NCBI GenBank assembly: GCA_951406725.2
Contig: OX597816.1
Span: 50,406,001 to 50,470,000, forward strand
Source: Octopus vulgaris
Taxonomy: Eukaryota
Reading direction: 5' to 3'
DNA: 64,000 nt
The notes beneath the pieces were generated by a model. That model did no database searches. It worked only from the letters and a program-made list of their open reading frames with translations, and had not been told where the DNA came from. Both the position numbers and the translations under genes were made by a program. Below are positions 45,037 through 57,652 of this stretch, piece after piece (the first letter of the stretch is position 1; the number at the start of each line of letters is the position of its first letter).

Positions 45037-46789
45037 ATAATATAGTATTCACATGTCTGAGAAAACTTTTATTTCCATAGTTACAATGTCTTTTTCAATC
45101 TTTGCTCTTGCAATGAAATTGATCTCTGCTGTCACATACACAGTTAGTGATGACTGTAGTCATTAGACATATTGGTAAATACATCAATTCCTCATCACTT
45201 AAATGAAGCAAAAAAGCTTCATAGCAGTTAATAATCTAACTGAACTTTATTAACGAAATGTAACAAAACTATGTCTTAAATATATAAGTGCTTGCGTTTC
45301 CGAATGATATAATGTGGTCGTAAAAATCTCATACCTAAAGAAAAAAAAATGGATGGTTACAGACTGAAAATATTGTTGACTAGTATTTGATCAATATGGC
45401 TTCTCTGGATTACACTACAATAGCAATATACTATGTTACTAGCTGTATCTACAAAAAGACACAGAAATAGAGATGAAAACGTTTCATTTGAATAGAAATT
45501 GGGGGAGAAACTAAAATCATCCTGTATAAATATCGATATATTTGCCTCGATTGAGTTCTCTTACGGCTAAGAGATACAAAATAGGCAATATAATACTAAC
45601 TACTTATAAATTACTTAGTATATTGTATTTTTAATTCATTGTTCTCTAAAATATATGATAATATTTATTTACGTTCTTACAAAGATTGTCTTCTGGCTTT
45701 ATTCTAAAATTTTCCAATCATAAGAAAAAAAAAAACAGAAATAAAGAATGAAAGGAAAAGTTCGTTTACTAAATGCTATTATTTCTCAAATAGAAGAGAG
45801 ATATTTAATCCAATTCGAAGTTTTCTGAATACAATTTTCCATTAGCTAAAATTATCTTCGTAGACAAACAGACATATATTTTCTCCATTCGTTATCATCT
45901 AATCGATATCATATTTAAGTCTTTCCTACCTCAACTACTGGAAGATTAACGTTGAAATAACTTACCTCTATGATTAATAGACTTTATCGAAACACCAAAG
46001 AAATGATAACCAAAAAATGAGAGACTCTTGTATGTCTCAATACTATTTTCATAATATCAATTTACTGCGTGCCTTAGAGTTCAGCTTAATAGTATCGGCA
46101 AAGACATTAAACTTATATGACTGAACGATAAATAAAATCAGAGACAGGGTGTTCATCAGCAGCATAATACGAACTAATTCAAAATTGAATAACATCAGAG
46201 CATAAGAATGATAAATACATTCTCCGAACGAGTGTTAGATAAAGCACTAATAGCTGGAATGCAATGTTGTACCAAATATAAGCTCCTAGTGTGTTAATAG
46301 CAAATTTAAATGAAGGTAAATGTTTTATCATTTCCTCGTCTGCTTAAAGTTCTTAAGAAAAACATAATCAGAGTAGAAGTTTTTCGAAGGTAATTCAAGA
46401 TTTGAGAAGGTGAATTAGAAATATGCTTAAAGAGGACGTAAATAAATACCTCGGTTATATACAAGCTATAACTTGGGAGAAAAAAGAATAACAAAAAACA
46501 AAACAGAGACGATTTTCTTAGAATGATTTGACGAATATGGAGGAGAAATATTTCGGTGCCGCCAAAATTTATGCATCCAGAATTCGCAAATTATATTCAT
46601 GATTATAAAACAAAATGCAAGCCAGTTGCGAATTTGATCTATCTTACCGATACCAAAAGACAAAAGATAAAATTCACATTGAATTATTTGAAATCTAAAA
46701 GCAACAAACGAACAAATTACGACAAAGTATTTTCTTCCGACGCTCTAAATATTCTGTCGAATTATCGCTAGTAAATATTTTTTTCTAAT

Positions 46790-46980
46790 ATAGCCCCGAG
46801 GTTATTAATTTTGAGCGTAAACGGCTGTCGATTAAATATTCGTCAGTACTTGAATGGCATTATTTCATCGATCACAGAGTATAATTTTATTTCAATGGTA
46901 TTTGAACTCAGAACTGAGAAATCTAAATAAATACCCAGAGATATTTTGTCCAACATGCTAACGCTTCTGCTAGTTCACAT
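46790..46980 (-). mobile_element. Decayed SINE family A
   Basis: tttgaactcagaac..atgctaacgcttctgctagttc. Confidence 0.6.
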
Positions 46981-47555
46981 CACGGTCCAGTCGTATATAC
47001 AATAACGGTGTGAGACAATTATAATAAAATACATACGAGTATATAAAAATTTCTATAAAAAGTAGGAATAATATCACAACGTCATACATTATATATTAAT
47101 AGTTTTCTGTCACATTCCACAAAATAATGAACTAATAATCATGAATAAACAAAATAATTCGTTATTTGTTTTGCATACTAGGACCAACAGTATTAAGTAA
47201 AACAAGAGACTCCGTAGTGTACATAATAAATTATATGAAGTATAAGATAACGGTTATGATTCTGTCCTCAGTCATATGAATATATATATGTATGAATATG
47301 GGTGTGTACGTTTGTATGTGAATGTGTGCGTTTGTGTGCGTTTGTGTGCGTTTGTGTGTGTGTGTGTGTATGTGTGTGCGTGTGTGTAGGCATTTTTTTC
47401 AATTAAAAAATACGTTCCGATATATATTCGTACTGCACCATACGACAGTTTTGTTATAGAACTGTATTTGAAACGTCTGTAGCTGATTAACTCGTTAATT
47501 GTTCTTCATTTTTTTTATTTATATATATATATGTATATGTATGTATGTATGTATG

Positions 47556-47608
<53 letters not shown>

Positions 47609-47877
47609 ATATTGGCAGGGCTGGCCTGCTAGGTAGCCGGGCAGAATGCTAGAAAAAGATCATCAACAATCAATCTACAAGGGAAATTCTCTAGAGGAAG
47701 AATTCAGCACTACCCGCAGTGAATTATTCACTGCAGCCCTTCGCTTCAGGAGTCTCTCAGCGCGCCAGAACCAAGACATTTGAAATGTTATTCCCGATGT
47801 AATCAGTAAGACTAAGCACGTGTCTGTCTTGACACAGAGAGCTGGGGTTAGTCTTGCGGTTTGCATCTCGTGGACCG

Positions 47878-47953
47878 AATGTACTGATGAAGTCACGGAC
47901 ACTTGAATTATGAAAGTAATTCTTTTGTTAAGACCGAAACCGAGGTATGCATT
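47878..47953 (+). ncRNA. Type-I hammerhead ribozyme, unit 1
   Basis: AAUGUA-CUGAUGA-AGUC...GACC-GAAAC-CGAG-GUA^UGCAUU with a 6-bp stem I. Predicted cut after 47947. Confidence 0.85.
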
Positions 47954-48424
47954 TAAGTCTGTTATTTATTCAATTTTTCATATGTCCTGCCCGCCAAAGT
48001 TGGTTCTGGTGTTCGCTGAATTCTTCCTCTAGAGAATTTCCCTTGTAGTTTGATCGTTGATGATCTTTTTCTAGCATTCTGGCCGGCTACCTAGCAGGCC
48101 AGCCCTGCCAATATACACATATATTTGAATTTTCTCTGACTCCTCAGATTTTTTGAATGCTGGACTACTGGTTTTAAATTGATATTAAAATTAATATTAA
48201 TTTATCTCCCTCAATTTTTTAAATATTTAAATAAATACGTTCCCTAGTTGTAAGCACTACCCGCAGTGAATTATTCACTGCAGCCCTTCGCTTCAGGAGT
48301 CTCTCAGCGCGCCAGAACAAAGACATTTGAAATTTTATTCCCGATGTAATCAGTAAGACTAAGCACGTGTCTGTCTTGACACAGAGAGCTGGGGTTAGTC
48401 TTGCGGTTTGCATCTCGAGGACCG

Positions 48425-48500
48425 AATGTACTGATGAAGTCACGGACACTTGAATTATGCAAGTAATTCTTTTGTTAAGACCGAAACCGAGGTATGCATT
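48425..48500 (+). ncRNA. Type-I hammerhead ribozyme, unit 2
   Basis: Same motif, CUGAUGA at 48431. Predicted cut after 48494. Confidence 0.85.
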
Positions 48501-48971
48501 TAAGTCTGTTATTTATTTAATTTTTCATATGTCCTGCCCGCCAAAGTTGGTTCTGGTGTTCGCTGAATTCTTCCTCTAGAGAATTTCCCTTGTAGTTTGA
48601 TCGTTGATGATCTTTTTCTAGCATTCTGGCCGGCTACCTAGCAGGCCAGCCCTGCCAATATACACATATATTTGAATTTTCTCTGACTCCTCAGATTTTT
48701 TGAATGCTGGAATACTGGTTTTAAATTGATATTAAAATTAATATTAATTTATCTCCCTCAATTTTTTAAATATTTAAATAAATACGTTCCCTAGTTGTAA
48801 GCACTACCCGCAGTGAATTATTCACTGCAGCCCTTCGCTTCAGGAGTCTCTCAGCGCGCCAGAACCAAGACATTTGAAATTTTATTCCCGATGTAATCAG
48901 TAAGACTAAGCACGTGTCTGTCTTGACACAGAGAGCTGGCGTTAGTCTTGCGGTTTGCATCTCGAGGACCG

Positions 48972-49047
48972 AATGTACTGATGAAGTCACGGACACTTGA
49001 ATTATGCAAGTAATTCTTTTGTTAAGACCGAAACCGAGGTATGCATT
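48972..49047 (+). ncRNA. Type-I hammerhead ribozyme, unit 3
   Basis: Same motif, CUGAUGA at 48978. Predicted cut after 49041. Confidence 0.85.
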
Positions 49048-49332
49048 TAAGTCTGTTATTTATTTAATTTTTTATATGTCCTGCCCGCCAAAGTTGGTTC
49101 TGGTGTTTGCTGAATTCTTCCTCCAGAGAATTTTCCTTGTAGTTTGATCGTTGATGATCTTTTTCTAGCATTCTGGCCGGCTACCTAGCAGGCCAGCCCT
49201 GCCAATATACACATATATTTGAATTTTCTCTGACTCCTCAGATTTTTTGAATGCTGGACTACTGGTTTTAAATTGATATTAAAATTAATATTAATTTATC
49301 TCCCTCAATTTTTATATATATATATATATATA

Positions 49333-49553
49333 CTCTTTTATTTGTTTCAGTCATTTGACTGTGGCCCTGCTGGGGCACCGCCTTTAGTCGAGCAAATCGA
49401 CCACGGGACTTATTCTTTGTAAGCCTAGTACTTATTCTATCGGCCTCTTTTGGCGAACCGCTAGGTTACGGGGACGTAAACACACCAGCATCGGTTGTCA
49501 AGCGATGTTGGGGGGACAAACACAGACACACAAACATACACACACACACACAT

Positions 49554-49560
<7 letters not shown>
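49333..49560 (-). mobile_element. SINE family B, 3' half
   Basis: Aligns to 37170-37370; the head is lost at the internal microsatellite. Confidence 0.88.
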
Positions 49561-49617
<57 letters not shown>

Positions 49618-51262
49618 ATGTATCTATGTGTGTCTACATGCTTGTGTGTAAGTGTGTGTATTTGTGAATGTTTGTGTGAGCATGTACGCATTTATTTATG
49701 TTTATAGTAATGCCGCGGGAGACAAACTGTACTTAAATTGTAACTCTGCGTTCAGTATTGAATCTAATCCTCAATAAATATTCTATGGATATCTTTAAAC
49801 AATCGTTGAAATTATAGTCTCAATTTAACACGCATATTAATAATTTACAGCTTCTAGCGATCAATAACTCCTCGCTAGAATGTGTTTTTTTTTTCTTGAA
49901 TGACTATCGTTATACATGAAATATATTTATGTGCTCTATACATTATGATGTTATTCGAACATCACAACTAAAATTTACATTCTAGCTAACATATCTTGAT
50001 AAATTCTAAATGAGCAATGGAAAGAAAAAATTCTCCATTTGTACTTTATCAGGTCTTGATTCGACACTGGAGACCTCGCATCATGATATCTCTCCGCTGG
50101 AATCAGGCCAACTGAAACTCTCTTCATCTCTCCACTATTCTCCTTTTCATCTTTCTCACTTTGTATCTTTTATTAATTCTCGTCACAGCAAGGGTTAGTA
50201 GATAAGATTTTGAAGTGAAATGTATAACTAAGAATAGAACTTTCAATATCATTTCACCAGGAGCGAAGGCGTTTCTCCAGAAAGTTACTGACGCACCATG
50301 ACATTTTCCTCTCATTTTGGATAATATAGATATTGTTTTCTGAATTATATAATCTGTTTCTTGTTATATTTGAATCACAGTTTATCAGGGGTCATGTGCG
50401 ACCTTAAGATTCATGAAACATAAATCAAAGAATTATGCTACGTTTTACGTTTTCTCGCCTAAACAAACAACCCACTTGATTTCCCAACAATATACAGTGA
50501 CATGGTAATGTTACTATGATATACAGAAGAAATCTCTGGTAATTTCATAAAGAAATTAATATTAAATTTTCTGTACGTGTAATATTTCTAATAACAAAAG
50601 CAACTAACAAAATTTAATACAAATCAGAATTCGATTATTATTTACAAAGTGTTGAGACATTTGAAAATACAACGTTGTCCTTTTAAAGATAATCGCTACA
50701 AGTAAAGCAATGGAGTCTAGCATATATTGTTTTACCTTGAAATACGATATTTGTCACTTAATAAATCATTGACCAGTTATTGTCTATGAAATCAACGCAT
50801 CCTCTAGACAGCTAACTCTATTTGGTATAGTTATCTTTTTAAACCCAGATTCAAAAATATTTAAAAGTAATCTGTAACACAAACGGTCAAGATATAATAT
50901 TCATTGTGACTTGTTTCTTCGTTCAGATGCGAATAACACGTTATCAAAATAATGTGAACCGAATTCACAAAGTCAAGAACGATCAAAGTAATAACACGTA
51001 AATAACAAGTGAATTTGGAATGCTGATTTACAAACGAAGGGAATAATGATAAAAGTTTTTATGAAGTAAACGATACTGGCAATGTCCAACGCAACGTTAT
51101 CACTAGAATAATATCGAATACGGTCTAATGAGAATGTCAACCATGATTGCACAATTTCATATGATCATGATCATCATGGTTCTCCTACACCTCCTATTTT
51201 CCCTCCTTTCCTCCTCCTCTTTCCCTCCTTCCTCATCTCCTCTTCCGCCTCATCATCATCAA

Positions 51263-51303
<41 letters not shown>

Positions 51304-51436
51304 CCTATGCGTATGTTTACAGTATATATATATACAGGGGCTTGCAGATAAATTGAGATTAATTTTAAGCAGTTGACTTAGTGGGTTTTCATTTTTTGAC
51401 AAAACATTGCTTACATTATTTACATTATTTACAATT

Positions 51437-51510
51437 GACGGATATTTGTCCTCATCTTTTTTATTGTTAACACAACGTTTTGGCTGTTATACCCTCCAGT
51501 CTTCATCAGT
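51437..51510 (-). mobile_element. Penelope-like terminal fragment with a decayed hammerhead
   Basis: Minus strand reads CUGAUGA-AGACUG..CAGCC-AAAAC-GUUGUGUUA (G12 replaced by A), followed by AAUAAA. Confidence 0.55.
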
Positions 51511-52384
51511 CTTGATCACAGGGTTACCCATTTACAGCTGTGTTTGCTAGAGCAAATACAAAAAAGAGATATTTTGCTAAAGAGCCTAACGTATCACCGG
51601 TATGAATTCGAAAATACAATTTTGTGCTCGTGATTGCCACACCCTGACCACGAATTCATACCCCCCCCCCCCCACACACACATACACACAATTATACACA
51701 AAGACACACGCACATTCATATACAAGCGTACATAAACGGAGGAACACATATATGCTTTTGCCACAGTATGAAACTAATAGAATTATAAAATGCTACTCAT
51801 CGAACTGCTACGGAACATGTATGAAACTTGAGGAGATAAGAAAAGGAGTACGATACGTCGGATTGTGCTATTGCCACTTTGACTGCCATTGTAGTCTGAC
51901 TAATTATCAGGAATTTGCTCTCACGCATATTTCTAAACTGTTACCCAGCGTCGCTCTGCTTCCTTCATTCAACAGGATTCAATCGACAAAAGCAATAACA
52001 CTAGTATTTTTGTAAAATTTACATATTATTTTACAGAGTTTTCTTCTTCCTCCCTTGCTGTATATGAAATAATAACATAGCATCGTTGAAACAACATCGT
52101 ATCTCTTAATCTGTTAGTAAAAAGCAAATGTTTGAAATTAATATTTGTTCATTAACTCATTGTTAGACACAATTAAATTACATTTTTGAACGTATTTTTA
52201 TTACAAGTTTGTAAATAGTTTGGACAAAACTGTTAGGTTTGTGTAATTATACAAATATAGTAAGGTTTGTTCTAATTAGAATATAACTATAGCAATGAAT
52301 AGCATTAATTAGAATGCCAGCATTAAAAGTAACGATAAACGTATGCAAATATTTCTGTTTTACTGATTTAACCTAAATTTGAGA

Positions 52385-52595
52385 CACCAGCAAAAGACGG
52401 ATTTCGACTGATGTACTTGCGCGTACAAATGCACATTCTCACGTCTTTATCGATCGCATTCTCGCCTGGAATTTTTGTAATTTTTTCAAGACTTATACAC
52501 GGTATCTATATATCAAATTTGAGCGCAATTGGATGGAGGATGCCCGAGATCCTAGAAGACTCACACACACAGACATAACGGATTTTATATAATAT
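52385..52595 (-). mobile_element. Non-autonomous Helitron-like fragment
   Basis: Minus strand reads tatataaaatccgttatgtctgtgtg..ccaattgcgctcaaatttg, the same layout as the 5' part of 9380-9761. Confidence 0.5.
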
Positions 52596-52616
52596 ATATA
52601 TATATATACACATATA

Positions 52617-53386
52617 TTGGGTTGGCAACTAAGTTCCCGTGGGTTTTTAAAATTTGGGAATCTATTTTTTTTCTAGTTAATTTTAATAATTTTTTTCGTT
52701 TTTCATTTTCAAATCATTAAAATGAAATGTCAAGTTAAGAAAAACGAACATTTCCGCCGTCTCCATCTTTTTGTTTTTAATCAAGTTTCTAAGGCTGCAA
52801 AAGCTGCTTGCGACATTTGTGCTGTGTATAGAAAGGGTGAAACAAGATCTTCATCCGCGTAAAACGATTTTGTGCGTATGGTTAGATTGGGAATGTTTTA
52901 TCCATTACGAATTGTTTGAACGGAACCAAACGGTCAATGCGGAACTCTATGTTCAACAGATGGAACGACTCAACATGGCTATTCAAGAGAAAAGACCTAA
53001 TCGACATCATGAAGTTCTTCTGGTGCATGACAACACCCGCCCTCATTTCACCAATATGACAAAGGGAGCCAGTCAAACGCAACACTGGGAAGTGCCGCCA
53101 CATCCGCCGTACTCTCCTGATTTTTCACCAACGGATTTCCACCTCTTTCGATCACTTTCAAATGTTATGCGCTGAGTTTCGTTCAATACTGATGCAGAAG
53201 TGAGATCTTGGTTGGATCAATTTTTCGAGTTGAAATCGCATGATTTCTACCAACAACGTATTGAAAATCTTGTTGAACTTTAGGAAGAAGCTGTAAACAA
53301 CAAGGGTGAATACATTATTGTTTAATTAGTTGTTTTTTTATTTAACTTAAAAAAAAAAAACAGCGGGAACTTAGTTGCCAACCCAA
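52617..53386 (+). mobile_element. Mariner (DD34D-type) transposon, internally deleted
   Basis: Perfect 23-bp TIRs ttgggttggcaactaagttcccg (52617-52639 / 53364-53386) with TA TSD. The N-terminus MKCQVKKNEHFR (ATG at 52722) is fused out of frame to LHPRK..CVW..HDNTRPH..HPPYSPDFSPTDFHLF. Confidence 0.96.
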
Positions 53387-56300
53387 TATATGTGTGAGTG
53401 TGTGTGCGTACGTGTGTGTCTCTATATTACTAACATTTTTATTCTACACGATCTTTCGTATACTCATAGGTATATTACACGGGCGCTCTCGTAAACACGC
53501 ACGCACACAGGCACACACACACTCACATACTCACACTAGGCACGCACGAACATGCACATACTCATAGAGAAACACTAACCTGTGTATACTGAAACACGTT
53601 CATTTCCTTTGTGTCGTGTATACTCTCTAGGATTTTATAGTCTTTTACGTCAGTGTACCAAACATTCCTTAATAATTCAGCCATAACTGGAGAACACTGG
53701 CTGCGAAATGCACGGAAAGAGTTTTATTTTTAATTTACCTGTGAGCTTTCAGTCACTGCACGGCTGTCATGCAAGGGTAAGACCTACAAGAATTTTAATC
53801 GTTGATATCAAACAGTCTGTATTTCTTTCTGCTACCTATGTTATCGAGCAGTTGCTTTTTTCGAAATTTTCCCGTAACTTTCTCGATTTAAATATTAAGT
53901 AAATCCATGTATCACTTACAGCCAGTAAGATAAATAGGAAAGAACACTACAACAAAATTCATCATGCACACTTTACACGATTGTTGTCCACTCATTGGCC
54001 GTCTTATAGATTCCTCTCACAATATATTGTGAACCTCAGGTTACGATAGATTTCTCTTGCACAATATCAAGAAAAATAATCGATGCTTAAGTAATATAAA
54101 TTTTCGTTGAAAGAATATCTCAACTTATCCCTTTATATGTTTTTTCCTCTCAAACTATATACGAAACGAATAATGTCAGTCGAAGTGACTGTTTGATTTG
54201 GCCAAAACTGAAGAATAAAAAGATCAAATTGATTACATTTTCTGATCTCATTTTACATGTTTCTTCATCTACGAAATATGTGTATCATCAAGGGGGTTTT
54301 GCAATCATGTTCGGAAGCTCAAAGTTTGGATTCTAAACATTTCAGCTGTAAAGGGGAAACCTTGTTATCGACTGGTGTTCAGTTCTGAGGAATGTTATTC
54401 TACCCATCTTACCAGTCGATATAACATACCAGCAATATGATATGGTCGAATGAATCACTAAATTCATTTACGTCTAATCAACCGATTAGATAATTGTCTT
54501 AAGACGAATCGATAATAATTTGTACTCATAATAATGTAGTCAACTTTGGTTTAATCAACTGCATGATTTTTAATGATTAGACTAGCAACACATTGCATAC
54601 TTTGTAGATTTGTAGTATCAATTTTATATATTTTCTCTAGGGTAAATAATCTAGCTGTGCTATATTTACTGAAAATTATTCACATAAGTGATTCAAGTCC
54701 AGACTGCTCGAAATCGAGCTATTAGCGAATGTTAGTATCGAACATAAAGGAAATAAAGATCATACAATTCTTTAGCATTATAACTCCACTCAGCAGAAAT
54801 TGCAGTCTTATTAATGATACTTCTCGACAATGATGACAAAAGTAAGAGTTAAATATATACTTGAATAAAAATTTAAAGTAGTATTAAACAGTGAGTAACA
54901 AATCTGGTTCTTGGTAATTATTGTGAAGATTCCATGCCTATTTCATCCTTGTGGATCCTCCTCCACAATGAATCGTCTAACACATGCATAAGAGATCAAA
55001 GAAGAATTCTGTGAAGATACTGTTTTTCCTTTATCCAAGAAGAAAAAACAGTGACAAGTATCCGCTACAAAGAATTCAGGACTAGTTGAAGGCATAACTG
55101 CAACTGTGCCGAATGCTTACCAAAATATGTGCTGCGCTAAATGTATTCAAAGAACTGAACCAGAGTTTAATGTGCACTTAGAATTCCACATTTCCACTCC
55201 CCGGATTGCTTATAACGTTTTAACCACTAAAAGAAGAATGGTAAGGGTTAAGGATGCACATAGCTAAATTTGAAATCAGAAGACAGACAGTCGGAATACA
55301 TCACAAGAGACATTTTAGCCGACGTTACAAGAACACTGCAAATCAGCCCTTTATTTTGTAAAAACAAATATTCTATGGTTAGGCAATTCCAAATAATAAC
55401 ACCGGAAAATATCGCAGAAGTCATTTTGCATGTGTCACATATAGCAAAGTGTGAGATAACATAATGTAGCATACACTATTGAAGAAATATCTATCCCAAT
55501 TATGCGCTAAAGATTGACAGCTACATAAAATCGAGCAGTGGTTTTCAAACTGATCAAAAATGTTGTCTCCTAATCCAAACAATAAGAAACATATATATTA
55601 CTGAAATGTGTTGCTTTCCTTCTAATTGCGATTAATAGGACAGGAAAATAGTCATTTCAGCCAATGATATCATGCATGATTTTGGCGTGGTGTTAAACAA
55701 GTTGAGACTGTGTAAAAGTATCTGAAGTCATTTATCATTATCATTTGTCTACCACTCCTTCAATACTCAAAGACTACATTGGTAGTAGCATTCTCCAAAA
55801 GGACCAATGAATAAAGCGCTGAAGCTTGAATTATATTTGCTGTTGACGAAATAACCTGCCGAATTCGGAGTTGTATTTTTGATTTCGCCCTTACTATGTC
55901 ATTAACGTTATTATTACAATTCGACTTGAATAAATAGTATGTTATTCTAACAGAGGTAATTTTCAGTTGCCATCAATGTTTTTTCTCACAACACACTAGA
56001 AAAACCAGCTGGTAGCAACGTATTTCTCGAAAGACTTTCCATATTTTCGCTCTTCTATTGTCAAATTGCGATCAAATTGTATAATATTATATGGGATCGT
56101 TAAATAACCTACATAAGCTCATACAATAACTTATTCGTTGTTTTCTGTTTTTTACCTCCACTGTACATATTTTGCCAAACTATTCAATTGCATTGCCCAA
56201 AGGGTTTCACAAACATTTACCTTAATAATAATTGAACTTTGATTTATATACACAAAGTACTGAGTATCGTTATTTTGAATTACAAACTAGGTTCTGTATA

Positions 56301-56734
56301 CCTGAAGCAGGCAAATAGAAACTGCTCCTTGAAATGGAATTGGAAACTTAGAAGAAAATCATTGTAGAATATACTCTGGAAAAATCTGTTGGGTGGAACA
56401 AAATTCACGCATAAATTAAATTCTATACGCTTCCGAATTGTCAAGCACATGCTTCATTTTTTCTAAAGTTAAATAAAACAAATAAGTACATGATGAATAC
56501 ACACGTATTTGTACGAATGCATTGTTGCTGTTACTGCAAGAAGAAAAACAATCAATGTAATACCAGCTGGTGTTGTTTTTCCCTCTTGTTATTTCACGCG
56601 CAATTCAATTTATATGTTAATTCTTATTGGTTTAAAAATTGCCGTCCAGAAAATTCAACATAGTTGTTTATGCTTCCCTGATCGTCATATTAATAAGGAA
56701 GGAATTGTTATAATAACAATAATCCTTTCTAACT

Positions 56735-56927
56735 AAAGGAACAAGGCCTGAAATTTTGAGAGAGGGGACTAGTCGATGACATCTACCCCGGTATTTATTT
56801 TTTCGACTTCGAAAGGGGTGAAAGGCAAAGTCGACCTCGGTGGAATTCGAACTCAGGACATTGCGACAGGCGAAATAGCGCTACGCATTCCATGCACCAT
56901 GTTAGCGATTTTGCCAGCTCGCCGCCA
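56735..56927 (-). mobile_element. SINE family A variant
   Basis: aaaggcaaagtcgacctcgg..gccagctcgccgcc. Confidence 0.85.
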
Positions 56928-57211
56928 TAGTTTGGGTGAATATTACTGATAATTTATGCATAGCTAAAAATTGCATTAGCAGGAAGCCAGGTATTTCGAA
57001 GGGTAGTGTATATTTCATACAAACAATGTGTAGGTTGTTTACTTTCTTTGACTCTCTTAGAGATGAGATCAGTATTTAATTTCATTGAGATATCAGACTG
57101 AAAATAGAAAACCTTCAAAATAAGTAATTTGTACAGAGAACGCTATTCTATAGAGCTATAAATATAAACTATTCTTAGTGCATCTAAAGGAATACACACA
57201 CACACACACAC

Positions 57212-57257
<46 letters not shown>

Positions 57258-57436
57258 AAAGGATGTGTTATAATACCATTCCACATATACAAAAACAACC
57301 ATACCAACAATCCAACGTACATCAATCCTTCATCAGCTGTCCCACGGATATCATTATGGTTTAGACACCTGGGTTTTACCATTCAATCCGGCGGTGTCAA
57401 CAGTACTAAAATAAGTGTTGTTTAGGAACAAACAAA

Positions 57437-57481
<45 letters not shown>

Positions 57482-57487
<6 letters not shown>

Positions 57488-57525
57488 GTATCTGAGAGAT
57501 ACACTTATCTCTCAGATAACCTTAT
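57482..57525. repeat. Hairpin with 20-bp stem and 4-nt loop
   Basis: ataagggtatctgagagata-cact-tatctctcagataaccttat, 1 mismatch. Confidence 0.85.
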
Positions 57526-57652
57526 TTATAGTTTTAAATAATTATTACCTTTGTATGGTATTTATTCACAGGCTGGCCAGGTGATAAAATCGATATGAAA
57601 ATATCGATATTATCCTTATTTATAAATTTATATATATATATATATATATATA

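Larger units (their letters stand above)
47603..49313 (+). mobile_element. Retrozyme-like or Penelope pLTR-like element: ~2.94 tandem 547-bp units preceded by an inverted partial unit
   Basis: Units start at 47706, 48253 and 48800 and differ at only a few positions. 47603-47708 is the reverse complement of ~48015-48120. Both flanks are (TA)/(TG) microsatellite. One hammerhead per unit. Confidence 0.9.

Noticed and set aside
47675-48996. Three repeated 75-76 aa minus-strand ORFs (MSVTSSVHSV...)
   Set aside because: They have GTG starts and no recognisable domain, and recur only because the DNA is repeated. The structured signal is on the plus strand.
47706-49313. CRISPR-like array or ordinary satellite
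   Set aside because: There are no unique spacers or cas genes, and the context is eukaryotic. The ribozyme and inverted leader argue against a plain satellite.
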